A stretch of 64,000 bases of DNA from Planctomycetota bacterium (GCA_965228735.1 OZ245838.1:3136001-3200000); one strand, 5' to 3'; positions 31,637 to 42,454 are shown, counted from the first letter of the stretch. Notes: a model not told the origin generated them from the sequence alone. Program-made: numbers and translations.

Positions 31637-34600
31637 TCACTCCCGCGGGGCGGCGAGGCGGCGTTCGAGGCGGTGGTAGAGCCACGACGCGCCGACGAAC
31701 GTCACGCCCACGAGGATGAACGCGAGGATGCGGTAGAGCTGCTGCGCGCCCGACATGTCGAGCACGAGCACCTTGGCGGCCGTGAGCGCGAGCAGCGCGA
31801 GGGCCAGGAGCCGCAGTGGCCGGCGGTCGCGGGTGAAGCCGACCACGAGCAACACGACCGCGGTCACCACCCACGTCACGGTGATCGAGAACAAGGCACG
31901 GCGTTCGGCTTCGCCGCTCTCTTCGACATGAGCCAGGATCCAGACCGGCGGTTCGAGCGTCAGCGCGAGCAGGCCGACTGCGAGGGCGACCCAGCGGACC
32001 GGCCTCGTCGATTCCTCGCGCGCCCACAGCCACGCTGCACCGATCGCAGCACCGACGAGCCCGGCCCGCGGATTGAGGAACATCCACGCCGACCGCCACT
32101 CCGTCAGGTAGACGACGATCGGCAGCACGAGCGCGGGCGCGAGCGTGACGAGCGCGACACCACGCAGCGCGGTGTTGCCGGTCGCGCGCGCCCGCCATCG
32201 ACCGCCGGCCGTGCCGAGGACAGCGACGACGCCGAGCAGCCATGCAATCCACGGACCGGCCGCGCCCTTGCCGTGTGTCGTGTTGCTCCAGGCCACGGCC
32301 TCGCAAGCGCCATAGAACACGAGGATCACGAAGGCCCCGGCCGCAGCCGGGTCCGCCGTTCGAACAGGTCCGATCCGCTGCAGCAGCGGCCGCGCGAATG
32401 CCAGCGCCCCGGCGACGAGCGCAACGAACACGAATCGCTCGTTCGCCAGGATCGGGAACGGCCCCTCGCCGGCCACGTAGAGCACGAGTCCGACGCCGGC
32501 CGCCAGCGCATACGGAATCGCCGCGAGTTCGAGAACCCGCCGCCCCGATGACAGGGCCGCACCGACCCCGCCACCGATCGCGAGCGCGAGCCACACCCAT
32601 CCGAGCACCTGCGCCATCGTGCGCGGGCCGGGGTCGGCACCGCCGCGCTGCATGAACGCGGCGACCTCGACCGTCGCGAGCGCCGTCAGCAGCAGCTGCG
32701 CGATGCCGAATAGAGCGTTGCCGATCCGCCGCCCACCGTCGTCGAACTGGCGACGCGCCCGCGCCCCGGCGAACGCCGTTGCGGCACAGACCGCGAGGCC
32801 AGCGAGGCAGCGCCCGTTGAGCCCGACGAGAGCGTCGGGCGGATAGTCACCGTACGCGATGCCAGCCGCGACCAGCGCGCCGGCGAGCGGCACGAGCCCG
32901 ACGATGAACGTCGACCGCTGCGGCCACCGCGCGGTCCACGCGAGGAACCCGCCCACGCCGCCGAGCAGCACCCAGGTGATCGCCGACGCAGGAGCCACGA
33001 CGTCCCACGCCGAGGGATGGCCGCGCGCATGCCGCAGGATCTCGAGGCTGGCCACGAGCAGGAGCCAGAGCCCGGCCGTCGTGCCGAGCACGCGGGACAA
33101 CGTGCGCTCGCTCGGGATCTGCGCTCGCCGACGATGCAGCGCTGCGACGACCGCGAGCCCGAGTGCGGCGACGACGAGTTGTCCGAACCAGCGGTTGACG
33201 ATGAACGGCGCCGCTGGGTCGCCGGCCGGCAGGTGCCAGAACGTCGTCCGTCCGATTGCTACGCCGAGGATGACGAGCGCGCCGAACCGCGTCGGCCCGT
33301 GACCGTGGCGATACCCGAGCCACACGAGCGCCGCCGCTTCGGCGAACCACGCGGTCGTGATCGCGTTCAACGGCAGCAGGTAGAACAGCCCGAGCGTCAG
33401 CAGCAGTACCGCCAGCGCGAGGAAGCCATCGCGCGTTCGGCGATCCCCGCCGACCCGCCGCGCGACCGCCACGCCGAGGCCGAGGTAGAGCACCGAAGCG
33501 ACGAGGCAGCCCCCCGCCAGCAATCGCGGCGCCGGCTCGTGCAGGAGCCACGCACCGTAGGCCATCGTCCAGGCCACGTTCAGGAGCGCCAACGCGAAGC
33601 GCTCGACGGTGACCGGCGTGCGCCGCCGCCAGTGATGCAGGAACGGCAGCAGCAGGAAGACGAGGTGGAAGGCCGCGAGCCAGACCACCGTCGCGTCGGG
33701 CTGCGGATGCGCGTGCCGATGGCTAGCCCACCAACCGCCGAACAGCAGCACCGTTCCCGCGAACGCGAGCAGGTCGAGCGCCCGCCAGCGGCGCCAGAGC
33801 GTGACACCGAGCACGCCGAGGTCGAGCAACAGCAGATACGCACACAGCAGGTCGCGCGCATCCCGCCCGGTGCTCATCAACACCGGCGTCGCGAAACCGC
33901 CGAGCACGGCGAGGAACGCCATCGCGACGGCATCGAGGCGAACGGCGACGGCGAGCCCGGCGATCGTGACCGCGACCATCAACGCGAACGCCGTCGTCGG
34001 TCCGAGCAACGGCTCTTCGACGACCATCATCGCGGGCTGGAACGCCGCGAACACGGTCAGATACAGGAGCGCCTGGCCGCCGCCGAGTAACCCTTGGCCG
34101 AGGGCCACGAAGCCGTTCCGCAGACTGCGCCAACCGCCCGCGATCAGCAGAACGGCGGCGCCGGCCGCGGTCGCGAGGCGCAGACGCGGACCGAACAGCC
34201 GACCGAGCCAGTCGCGGTCGTAGGCGTACTTGAGGAAGAACGCGACGCCGAGGAACAGCAGGCCGATTCCGACCCACGTCAGCCAACGCAGCCCGACCGT
34301 CTTCTCCATGCCGACGAGCTGCCCGGCGCCCGGCGGCGGCGGTTCGTCTCGTGAACCCGCGGCCGACCCGGATGGCAAGGGCGGCGGCACGACCGGCGGC
34401 ACGACCGGCTGCTGGACCCGGGCGATCGCAGCGGCGGTGTCGTCAGCGTCAGGCTCGGCCGCCGTTCCCGACTCGGTTTCCGGCTCGCCTTCGGGCTCGC
34501 GCTCGGGCCTTGGCTCCTCCGACCGCGGCGGCTCGGGCGGCTCCGTCCCAGATGGCGCTGGGTCGAGCTTCGACGGCAACGGCGGCGGAGTCGAGGTACG

Positions 34601-34834
34601 CGACGAAGTCGCGTCGGTGAGCCCAGCCGCTTCCTCCGCCCCCCCTCGTTCGGCGGGACTGTCGTCCTCGTCCCGACCGGCGCGCAGTTCCTGCCGCAGG
34701 TCGCGCACCTGCTCGGCCAACCCATCGATCCGGCGTCGCGTTCGCCCCAACTCGAGCTTCGCGAGGATGCCCATCACCGCCCCGACCACGACGACGGCCA
34801 GCAGGGCGAGGACGAGCAGAACGATGAGTTCCAT
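31637..34834 (-). CDS. DUF2339 polytopic membrane protein
   Basis: N-terminal TM and Pro-rich linker, EKTVGLRWLTWVGIGLLFLGVAFFLKY, GGFATPVL, and C-terminal KVLVLDM...RILAFILVG. Confidence 0.9.
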   Translation of the reverse strand: MELIVLLVLALLAVVVVGAVMGILAKLELGRTRRRIDGLAEQVRDLRQELRAGRDEDDSPAERGGAEEAAGLTDATSSRTSTPPPLPSKLDPAPSGTEPPEPPRSEEPRPEREPEGEPETESGTAAEPDADDTAAAIARVQQPVVPPVVPPPLPSGSAAGSRDEPPPPGAGQLVGMEKTVGLRWLTWVGIGLLFLGVAFFLKYAYDRDWLGRLFGPRLRLATAAGAAVLLIAGGWRSLRNGFVALGQGLLGGGQALLYLTVFAAFQPAMMVVEEPLLGPTTAFALMVAVTIAGLAVAVRLDAVAMAFLAVLGGFATPVLMSTGRDARDLLCAYLLLLDLGVLGVTLWRRWRALDLLAFAGTVLLFGGWWASHRHAHPQPDATVVWLAAFHLVFLLLPFLHHWRRRTPVTVERFALALLNVAWTMAYGAWLLHEPAPRLLAGGCLVASVLYLGLGVAVARRVGGDRRTRDGFLALAVLLLTLGLFYLLPLNAITTAWFAEAAALVWLGYRHGHGPTRFGALVILGVAIGRTTFWHLPAGDPAAPFIVNRWFGQLVVAALGLAVVAALHRRRAQIPSERTLSRVLGTTAGLWLLLVASLEILRHARGHPSAWDVVAPASAITWVLLGGVGGFLAWTARWPQRSTFIVGLVPLAGALVAAGIAYGDYPPDALVGLNGRCLAGLAVCAATAFAGARARRQFDDGGRRIGNALFGIAQLLLTALATVEVAAFMQRGGADPGPRTMAQVLGWVWLALAIGGGVGAALSSGRRVLELAAIPYALAAGVGLVLYVAGEGPFPILANERFVFVALVAGALAFARPLLQRIGPVRTADPAAAGAFVILVFYGACEAVAWSNTTHGKGAAGPWIAWLLGVVAVLGTAGGRWRARATGNTALRGVALVTLAPALVLPIVVYLTEWRSAWMFLNPRAGLVGAAIGAAWLWAREESTRPVRWVALAVGLLALTLEPPVWILAHVEESGEAERRALFSITVTWVVTAVVLLVVGFTRDRRPLRLLALALLALTAAKVLVLDMSGAQQLYRILAFILVGVTFVGASWLYHRLERRLAAPRE

Positions 34835-34846
34835 GCGGACCGGGCG

Positions 34847-37027
34847 TCAGAGCAGCGCGCGCACGTCCACGGCGATCGCGCCACGGTCGTAGGCGAACAA
34901 CGGATTGATCTCGAACTCGAGCACCTCCGGGTTCGCCACCGCGCAGCTCGCGACCGCCATGATGACGTCGACCACGGCTTCGCGGTCGACCGTCGGGCTG
35001 CCGCGGTGCCCGCGGAGCAGGCGTGCCCCGCGCAGCTCGGAGAGCATCTGCTTGGCGTCGCGGCGCTCGATCGGCAGCATGCGCAGGGTGATGTCCTTCA
35101 AGACCTCGACGTGCGTGCCGCCGAGACCGACGACGATCACGCCGCCGTAGTGCGGATCCTTCTTGTAGCCGACGAGCAGCTCGACGATGGGCTTCGGCAG
35201 GGACGGCAGCACGAGCACGCCCTTGAGGTCGGGCTCGATGCCCTGCTTCTGACAGTAGACGCGCACGCTCTCGCCGATCTCGTCGAACGCCTTGCCGACC
35301 GCGGACGCCTCGACGCCGATGCGCACACCGCCGGCCTCGGTCTTGTGCAGCACACCACCGGCGACGCACTTGAGCGCGACCCGCCCACCGATCGCCGCGG
35401 CAGCCGCTTCCGCCTCCTCTCGCGTCTCTGCCAGTTGTCCCTGCACGACCGGGGCGCCGTAGCCCTGCACGAGGTCCCGCGCCTCGGTCTCGAGCAACAC
35501 CCGGCGGGAGGCCTCACGAACGGCGCTTAGCCCGGCCCACTGCTTCTGCTGCGGTGGCGGCGTGCCGCGCCGTCGGTCCAGCTGGCGGCCGCGCTCGTTG
35601 AGTGCTGCCGCGCACCGCGCCGCGACCTCGATCGACGAGACCACGGGCACGCCGGCCTGGCGCAGCACGTCGAGCGGCTCGCTCGACGTCTCGGCATAGA
35701 GGCTGCAGACCACGATCGCGCGCCGGTGCTTGCGAACGGCCTCGACGATCGCCTGCGCCGCGGCGACCTCGCGCGCGAGCAACTCGGAGGCGAACCGGCG
35801 GTGATAGCCGCCGAACAGACCGACGACGAGCACCGTCGCAACCTGCTCGTCTCGAATCAGGCAGTCCACGCACTGCGCGAAGATCATGGGATCCTGATCC
35901 GCGGCGCCGGCGAGATCGATCGGGTTGCCCGGCGGGTGCGCGCCGGCGAGCAGCTTCTGCAGCTCGGTGTCCGTGCTCACCGCCGGCTCCGCGAGACTCG
36001 CCCCGAACGTCTGCAGCGCGTCGATCGCGAGCGTGCCGTGACCACCGCCGTCCGTGAGCACGGCGATGCCGCGGTAACCGCCGCGCACGGGCTGGTTGGC
36101 CAGCGTCTCGGTCACGTGCAGGAGCTCGTCCGTGCGCCGCACCTGGATCACGCCGCTCTGCTTGAGCCCGGCGCGGAACACCGGATACGAGCCGGCGAGC
36201 GCGCCGGTGTGCGAGCGCGCCGCGGCCTTGCCGCGCACGCTGCGCCCGCCCTTCAGCAGCACGACCGGCTTCTTGGCCGTCACGCGAGCCGCCGTCTCGA
36301 GAAAGAGCTGACCGCGCCGAAAACCCTCGACGTACATCGCGATCGCTGCCGTGTCCGGGTCGTCGGCGAGGTACTCGAGGTACTCGTCGAAACGCAGGTC
36401 CGTCTCGTTACCGACGCCGATGACGACCGAGAAGCCGACTCGCGAACGCCGCATCGCCTCGGTCAACAGCTGCAGCGTGATGTTGCCGCTCTGCCCGAGG
36501 ATCGCGATCCGGCCGGCCGGCACGTTCGGCACGCCGATCAAGTTGAGGCCGCGATGCGGGTTGAGGATCCCCGAGGTGTTGGGCCCGACGACGCGGATGC
36601 CCGTCTCCGCGACGACATCCCGGATGCGCTGTTCGAGCTTCTGGCCCGCCGCGCCGGTCTCGCGGAACCCGACCGCCAACACCACCGCGCCCGCGGCGCC
36701 GCGCGCGGCGCATTCGCGGAGGACGTCCGGCACCGTGTTGGCGGGTGTGCAGACGAGCGCCGTGTCGACGATGCCGTCGACGTCGGCGATCGTCTTGCGG
36801 ACCTCGACTCCGTGCACTTCGCCGCCCTTCGGATTGACGGCGTGGATCTCACCCGCGAAGCCGCCGTCGCGCAGCGCGGCGATCGCCTGGTTGCCGCGTT
36901 TGGCAGGGTCCTGCGACGCTCCGACCACGAGGATCCCGCGGGGGCGGAAGATCCGGTCGAGCGCGGCCGGTAGCCCGGCGGACTGGGTGACGGATTCAGA
37001 GGCGGAAGAATGGTCGGACTGGCTCAA
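34847..37027 (-). CDS. acetate--CoA ligase (ADP-forming) family, fused alpha/beta
   Basis: PRGILVVGAS, VVGPNTSG, QSG, GNETD, SHTGALAG (phospho-His), NPIDL, HKTEAGGV and EINPL; start codon uncertain (TTG 37027). Confidence 0.92.
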   Translation of the reverse strand: MSQSDHSSASESVTQSAGLPAALDRIFRPRGILVVGASQDPAKRGNQAIAALRDGGFAGEIHAVNPKGGEVHGVEVRKTIADVDGIVDTALVCTPANTVPDVLRECAARGAAGAVVLAVGFRETGAAGQKLEQRIRDVVAETGIRVVGPNTSGILNPHRGLNLIGVPNVPAGRIAILGQSGNITLQLLTEAMRRSRVGFSVVIGVGNETDLRFDEYLEYLADDPDTAAIAMYVEGFRRGQLFLETAARVTAKKPVVLLKGGRSVRGKAAARSHTGALAGSYPVFRAGLKQSGVIQVRRTDELLHVTETLANQPVRGGYRGIAVLTDGGGHGTLAIDALQTFGASLAEPAVSTDTELQKLLAGAHPPGNPIDLAGAADQDPMIFAQCVDCLIRDEQVATVLVVGLFGGYHRRFASELLAREVAAAQAIVEAVRKHRRAIVVCSLYAETSSEPLDVLRQAGVPVVSSIEVAARCAAALNERGRQLDRRRGTPPPQQKQWAGLSAVREASRRVLLETEARDLVQGYGAPVVQGQLAETREEAEAAAAAIGGRVALKCVAGGVLHKTEAGGVRIGVEASAVGKAFDEIGESVRVYCQKQGIEPDLKGVLVLPSLPKPIVELLVGYKKDPHYGGVIVVGLGGTHVEVLKDITLRMLPIERRDAKQMLSELRGARLLRGHRGSPTVDREAVVDVIMAVASCAVANPEVLEFEINPLFAYDRGAIAVDVRALL

Positions 37028-37037
37028 GAGTACCCCG

Positions 37038-37820
37038 TTATCGCCCCTCGTACCGAGGCGCTCGTTTCTCCGCGAACGCGGCGACGCCTTCGCGCCAGTC
37101 CGCGGTCGTCATGCAGTCGAGCAACGCCGCCGCCTCCGCGGCGAGCATCGCATCGAGTCGATCGGCTGCCGGCAACAGCAGCCGCTTCAGATGGGCCACG
37201 GAGCGCGGCGCCTGCGCCGCCACTTCCTGCGCCAGTTCGAGCGCGCGCGGCAGCACCTCCGCTGCCGGCCGGACCTCCTGGCAGATGCCGAGCTCGACGG
37301 CCCGGTCGCCGAGGAAGAACGGACAGCGCAGCAGCAGATCGCGCGCGGTCGCGAGCCCGACGCGGGCCGGCAGGGTGAACGTCACACCGCCACCGACGAA
37401 CGTGCCGAGGCCGATCTCGGGGAAGCGCAGCTTGGCCGAGTCGGCGACCACCGCGAGGTCGCACGCCAGCGCGAGCTCGAGCCCGGCGCCGATCGCGTGC
37501 CCGTTGATCGCGGCCACGATCGGCAGGCGCGACGTCAGCAGGGCCTTCGCGGCGCGCTGCCCGAGATCGACGTAGTGCCGACGCGCCTCGTCCTGCCGCT
37601 CGCCCTCGCCGTGCAGCTTGAGGTCGGCGCCCACGCAGAACCCGCGGCCGGCCCCCGTGACGACTACCGCACGCAACGAGGGGTCGTCCTCGGCGGCCGC
37701 GACCGCGGCGAGCAGTTGCTCGTACAGCTCTTCGCTGACGGCGTTGAGACGATCGGGTCGGTTGAGCGTCAGGACCAGCAACTCGCCCTGACGCTCCTCG
37801 CGCACCGCGGGGTGGGTCAT
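37038..37820 (-). CDS. enoyl-CoA hydratase/isomerase family protein
   Basis: LNRPDRLNA, FCVGADL, AAINGHAIGAGLELALACD, FPEIGLG and EGVAAFAEKRAP. Confidence 0.93.
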   Translation of the reverse strand: MTHPAVREERQGELLVLTLNRPDRLNAVSEELYEQLLAAVAAAEDDPSLRAVVVTGAGRGFCVGADLKLHGEGERQDEARRHYVDLGQRAAKALLTSRLPIVAAINGHAIGAGLELALACDLAVVADSAKLRFPEIGLGTFVGGGVTFTLPARVGLATARDLLLRCPFFLGDRAVELGICQEVRPAAEVLPRALELAQEVAAQAPRSVAHLKRLLLPAADRLDAMLAAEAAALLDCMTTADWREGVAAFAEKRAPRYEGR

Positions 37821-37883
37821 GCGGCGATCATCCCCGGACCGCTTCGGCGCACAAGCGCGAAACGGCCGCACCCTCCGCGCGCC

Positions 37884-39524
37884 TCAGGGCACGATCGTCA
37901 ACCGGACCGGCTGACTCGCGCGCGTCGCGAGCAGCGAGTTGTTCAGCACGAAGTGCGCGAAATCGAGGTCGGTGCCGATGAGGGCAGGAGGGATGAAGTT
38001 CGGCGGCACCACGATCGCGGACGTCGCGGCCCCGACGGCATCGAGCCCCGTCAGGTTGTTCACGAAGATGCCCGTGTTGGACGTCTGCGCCATCGCCGCG
38101 AACAGGAAGTCGAGGTTGAGCGGCAGCGTGACGCCGCCCGGCAGCAGCGTGCCCGGCGTGGTGCCCGAGACCGACGCGAGCAGCCACACGCCATCGGCCG
38201 CGCTCGTGCTGCCGACGAGGTGGTCGAAGTTGACCTGACCGCCGCTGACGGACAGCCCGGTGCTGTCGGCCCACAACGCCCGCTCGACGAGGTGGGCCTG
38301 GAAGAGGCCGAACGACTGGTTCACCGGCGTGTGCACGTAGCTCCACACCTTGGCGCCGGCCGGGTCGACCTCGAACAGCTCGAACTGCTGGCCGCTGCAG
38401 ACCAGGGTGTTGCCGTTCCGTAGCCGTTGGGCGCTCGAGATGAAGCCCGAGAAGAAGCTCGGATCCGTGTAGATCCAGCTCGGCGCGGGCGGGTCGTACT
38501 GCCCCGTCTGCGCGTTGAGCGCGAACGTGCCGTTCGGCTGCACCGCCGGCAGCGTCACTTCGTAGATCGACGACTGCGTCGGCGGGTTGTAGATGTTGTT
38601 GAAGATCGTGATGTTGCCCGCGCCCGGAAAACCCGGCGGAATGAACCGCGTGTCGTGCGCACCGCCGAGCCACCGGTCGACGATCGTGCCGGCGCGATAC
38701 GCCTCCGGGTTGCCCCAGCGGTAGAGGATGTCGCCGCCGCGGCCGCGGTTGCCGCCGGTGTGGCCCGCAGCCTCCGCCGTCGTCGTCGAGTGATCGATGA
38801 TGTACATCTCACCCTGCTCGCGGGAGCAGATGACGATCCAGTCGTTGATCGGGTCGTAGTCGAGCCCGTTGAAGTGATTCCAATCGCCGTTGTCGAGCAC
38901 CCACGCCGGATAGTTGATGTCGACCAGCTCGGGATGCGCCGCCACGTTCCCGAAGTTGGCCTGCGCCGCATCGAAGTCCTGGATCACGTGGTCCATCAGG
39001 TGCCACTCCCACACGACGTTGCCGGTCGTCGGCCCCGTCTGCTCGATCTCGAGGATCGCGTCGGGATACCACTCGACCACACCACTCGCGATCAACGCCG
39101 GATCGCGACCGGCCGCGATCGCCTGCGCCGACGTCAGGTTGTCCCAGACGATGACGAGCACATTGCCGTTGGGCATGGGTTCGATGTCGTGGTGCATGAA
39201 CGCATTCGGACCGTCGATGAGCATGTCCCACTGCAGCGTGCCGTCGAACGCGAGTCGTTCGAGTCGGCCCGTCGAGCCGCCGATCGGGATCGTCCCGGTC
39301 TGACTGCCGCGGATCAGCGAGCCGTCGTCCATCATGTGCGCGGTCAACCCGAACGTCCCGGGCCACGAGTGCACGACCTGCCCCGCTTCGTCGACGAGCT
39401 GGGTCACGTTGTCGCCGATCGGCACGAACAGCCGCAGGCCTTGGGTCTGCGCGGCCAGCGGCGCGGCGACGAGAGCACAGACCGCGAGAGTCAGCGCCCG
39501 GACGGGTCCCGAATACGGATACAT
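37884..39524 (-). CDS. aryl-sulfate sulfotransferase (ASST)-like secreted protein with subtype-B C-terminal domain
   Basis: HHDIEPMPNGNVL, VWEWHLMDH, DWNHFNGLDY, LYRWGNP, AHD and SSAQRLRNGNTL. Confidence 0.88.
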   Translation of the reverse strand: MYPYSGPVRALTLAVCALVAAPLAAQTQGLRLFVPIGDNVTQLVDEAGQVVHSWPGTFGLTAHMMDDGSLIRGSQTGTIPIGGSTGRLERLAFDGTLQWDMLIDGPNAFMHHDIEPMPNGNVLVIVWDNLTSAQAIAAGRDPALIASGVVEWYPDAILEIEQTGPTTGNVVWEWHLMDHVIQDFDAAQANFGNVAAHPELVDINYPAWVLDNGDWNHFNGLDYDPINDWIVICSREQGEMYIIDHSTTTAEAAGHTGGNRGRGGDILYRWGNPEAYRAGTIVDRWLGGAHDTRFIPPGFPGAGNITIFNNIYNPPTQSSIYEVTLPAVQPNGTFALNAQTGQYDPPAPSWIYTDPSFFSGFISSAQRLRNGNTLVCSGQQFELFEVDPAGAKVWSYVHTPVNQSFGLFQAHLVERALWADSTGLSVSGGQVNFDHLVGSTSAADGVWLLASVSGTTPGTLLPGGVTLPLNLDFLFAAMAQTSNTGIFVNNLTGLDAVGAATSAIVVPPNFIPPALIGTDLDFAHFVLNNSLLATRASQPVRLTIVP

Positions 39525-39687
39525 TGGGTGAACGATCGCCGCTGGCGCCCGTCCGTCAACCCGGCCCGCCGGCCATTACCGTGCGGAGCATCGTGCGCGG
39601 GCCGCGATCGCGCCGTGGCGCCCAGCGCCGGATCCGCGCAACACCCCCGATGACAACGTCGTCAGATGAGAGCGGACGAGGTCGAGC

Positions 39688-42303
39688 CTACCACGGCTGC
39701 ACGACCGTGACCTCACCGGCAACGAGTCGCACGGGCACTCGCAGGGCTTCGTCCCGGCCCGCGTACAGCACCACGGTCGTCGCGGTGTCCGAGGTCGCGA
39801 GCACGACGCTGCGACCGGCCTCGAGCGCCGACCGGGTCGTCGTGCTCGAAACCCCGCTGCGCTTCAGCGTCAGCTCGAGTCGCCTGCCATCACCGTCGAG
39901 AACGCTGAACGCGTCGACCCCGCGTTCGGGCGGCGTCACGACGCGCAGGTAGCATCGCCGGGCGACCGTGATGATGACGCCGTCGCCGCTCGCCGTGGCC
40001 GGCAACGGATGGTCGGTCGCGATGATGTCGTGACCCGATGCAATCAGCTTGAGACCGGGCCGCGGCGCGCGGCCGAGCTCGAAGCGCCCGTCCTCGTCCG
40101 TCGCCCCGAGATCGTCACCGAGCCAGTTGGTGCTGCCGTTCGATCGATACACCTCGACCGAGAGGCCGAGCGAGACCCGCCCCACGCCGTTGCCGTCGCG
40201 ATCGACGACCCGCCCCGTGATCGTCTCGCGCCAACGGTCGGCGGGCAGCTGGATCACGACGCTACCCGGCGTCACCCGCAACGGCGGCGACGTCCAGCCG
40301 AACATGCGTTCGCGGTCGAGAACCCGGAACGCGTACTCGGCGCCGCTCTCGAGTCCGGGCACGACGAAGCAGCCCTCGTCGTCCGTCCGGCCGAACGAGC
40401 GCAGACTGGGCCCCGCGAGGTTGACCGGCTCGGTGGTCGGGTCGACCGCGAGTTCGTCGGCCGTCACCGACCAACCGACCGCCGGTCGATCCCACGGATA
40501 CACGAGCAGTCCCGCCGGCGCCGGCGTGCCATCGGCTTCGACCAGCTGGCCGCGCAACTCGACCGCCGTCGGACCGAGCTCCAGATCGACCCGAATCGTC
40601 GCCGCGTCCGGCCCGGCTCTCGCGATCCGCTCCGCGAGATCGCGCACGACGGCCGGCCGTTGACCGACGGCCGCGGCGTGCAGCACGGTGTGCTTCGTGA
40701 CCGAGCGGCCGGTCAGGTCGAGTTCGTAGTCGCCGTACGCGTCGGTCGTCACGATGCCGCTGCCGTCGAACCCGACCTGCGCTCCCACGATCGGCATGAG
40801 CCGGTCGCCGAGGACCGTGCCGATCAGCGTCCGGCGCCCGCCACCCAGCGGTTCGAGAACGATCTCGAGTTGGCGGTCGTCGGGCAACACGGCGCGCGTC
40901 ACGCGCCGATACCCCGGGTGCGACACGCACAGACTCGACCCGGTCGCGTCACAGCGCAGGCCGGCGAAGAGCCCGGCCGCGTCGGACTTCATCCGCGCAC
41001 CGCGCAGACGCACGGCGTGTTCGAGCGGCATCGGGAAGTCGACCAGCGGCCGCAGACGCACTTCGATCTCGGCGTTCGGCAGCGGCATCCCGTCCGGATC
41101 GACGACCGTGCCGCGGAGCTCGAGCGCGCGGGAGACGACGAGCCGCAACGGAAAGCTCGGCTTCCGGGAGCCGTTGAAACTCGCGGTGTGCAGCGGCAGC
41201 AGGTCGTTCGACGCGGGGAGCAGATAGCCCCCGTGATCGGGTACGGCGAACTCGATCACGCCGTCGTGGTCGCTCGTCCCGATCGTCTCGGGCTCGGCAT
41301 CCGGCAGGTCGAGCGCATACGACGCCGACTGGAGGGAGCCGCGCCCGATCGCGACGTCCACCCCGCGCGCCGGCGAACCGTCGGCCCAGAAGACCTCGAC
41401 GCGCGCCATCGGTGGCGCGGCGCCCGCCGCTTCGGCAGGTGGCGTAGCCGCCTCCACGAGCGCGCGCTCGGGATCGGCGTTGCGCGAACTGCTCGTGTCC
41501 TCGGGCGCCGCCTCGGCCGGCGCGGGCGCCACCGAGCCAGCGGTGCCGCTGTCCGGCTCGGGTTCATGGCCGGTGCTCGCAACGAAGATCACCGCGCCGA
41601 GCGCGAGAACGACCGCGATCGTCGCGGTCCATCGGGTCGTGGTCATTGAGATTGCCGTGAGGAAGAGTTCGAGCGGGCGGGCACCTGGCGGCAGCGGGCC
41701 GGACGCCGGAGCGACCGTCGCGTCCGGCGCGAGTCCGGCGCCGTCGAGGGGCAACTGGGCGAGCGCGACGATGCCCGCGCGATTGCGCCAGTCGGAGCCG
41801 AACTGCGCCTCGAGTCGTTCGCGAAGTCGCCGGAGACCGCGGTGGCAGCGCTGCCGAACCGTGTTGGACGAGACCCCGAGTCGAGCGGCGATCGTGCGCG
41901 GTTCGAGGTCCTCGAAGTATCGCAGGATGAGCGTCGTGCGGTCGGGCTCGGGCAGCTCGGCGACGGCGGCCGTCAGCCGCTGTCGCGTCTCGAGCCGCTG
42001 CAGGAGCTCGGCAGTGCACGGCACCGTACCGCGTTCGTCGTTCGACCGGGCGTTCCGTTCGGGCCGCCGCGATTCCTGCCGCCGCTGCGTGATCGCGAGG
42101 TTGCGCACCACCCGACCGAGGAACGCGCGCAGGGCGCCGCGCGCCGGGCGGCTCCGCCACGCTGCGAGCATCGCCTCCTGCGCGAGGTCGTCCGCCGTCG
42201 CCGGGTCGCGGGCGAGCGACCGCGACAGCCGCCGGAGCCAGCCGTCGTGGCGCAGCAGTTCGTCGACGACGGCGACATCGGTTGACCGCGGAGATTCGGA
42301 CAT
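39688..42303 (-). CDS. ECF sigma factor fused to a TM helix and carboxypeptidase-regulatory-like (beta-sandwich) repeats
   Basis: Region 2 (ADDLAQE, FLGRVVRN), region 4 (LPEPDRTTLILRYFEDL...IAARLGVSSNTVR), one TM, then G.VVD.DG.P...TD..G.F repeats. Confidence 0.88.
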   Translation of the reverse strand: MSESPRSTDVAVVDELLRHDGWLRRLSRSLARDPATADDLAQEAMLAAWRSRPARGALRAFLGRVVRNLAITQRRQESRRPERNARSNDERGTVPCTAELLQRLETRQRLTAAVAELPEPDRTTLILRYFEDLEPRTIAARLGVSSNTVRQRCHRGLRRLRERLEAQFGSDWRNRAGIVALAQLPLDGAGLAPDATVAPASGPLPPGARPLELFLTAISMTTTRWTATIAVVLALGAVIFVASTGHEPEPDSGTAGSVAPAPAEAAPEDTSSSRNADPERALVEAATPPAEAAGAAPPMARVEVFWADGSPARGVDVAIGRGSLQSASYALDLPDAEPETIGTSDHDGVIEFAVPDHGGYLLPASNDLLPLHTASFNGSRKPSFPLRLVVSRALELRGTVVDPDGMPLPNAEIEVRLRPLVDFPMPLEHAVRLRGARMKSDAAGLFAGLRCDATGSSLCVSHPGYRRVTRAVLPDDRQLEIVLEPLGGGRRTLIGTVLGDRLMPIVGAQVGFDGSGIVTTDAYGDYELDLTGRSVTKHTVLHAAAVGQRPAVVRDLAERIARAGPDAATIRVDLELGPTAVELRGQLVEADGTPAPAGLLVYPWDRPAVGWSVTADELAVDPTTEPVNLAGPSLRSFGRTDDEGCFVVPGLESGAEYAFRVLDRERMFGWTSPPLRVTPGSVVIQLPADRWRETITGRVVDRDGNGVGRVSLGLSVEVYRSNGSTNWLGDDLGATDEDGRFELGRAPRPGLKLIASGHDIIATDHPLPATASGDGVIITVARRCYLRVVTPPERGVDAFSVLDGDGRRLELTLKRSGVSSTTTRSALEAGRSVVLATSDTATTVVLYAGRDEALRVPVRLVAGEVTVVQPW

Positions 42304-42454
42304 GCACGAACAGAGTCGTCGGGACCCGCGGCTCGTTATCGGAAAACCAGCGATCGCCGTCCTTGCGAAAACCGGTGTGCGCTTCGCGCCGGGACATCGA
42401 GGTCCGGAATGGCCCCATCCGGGCCGCGGTCCCTGCCGCATACCCGAATCTCCG

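Noticed and set aside
31637..37820. Enoyl-CoA hydratase / acyl-CoA synthetase / DUF2339 as a novel pathway or biosynthetic cluster
   Set aside because: Ordinary acyl-CoA catabolic pair; no PKS, NRPS or RiPP genes, and no evidence that DUF2339 is functionally linked.
41480..42454. Long N-terminal extensions in the ORF track (also on 3806, 16615, 21900, 51571, 55689)
   Set aside because: They overlap neighbouring genes; downstream starts followed by signal peptides or preceded by an RBS fit better.
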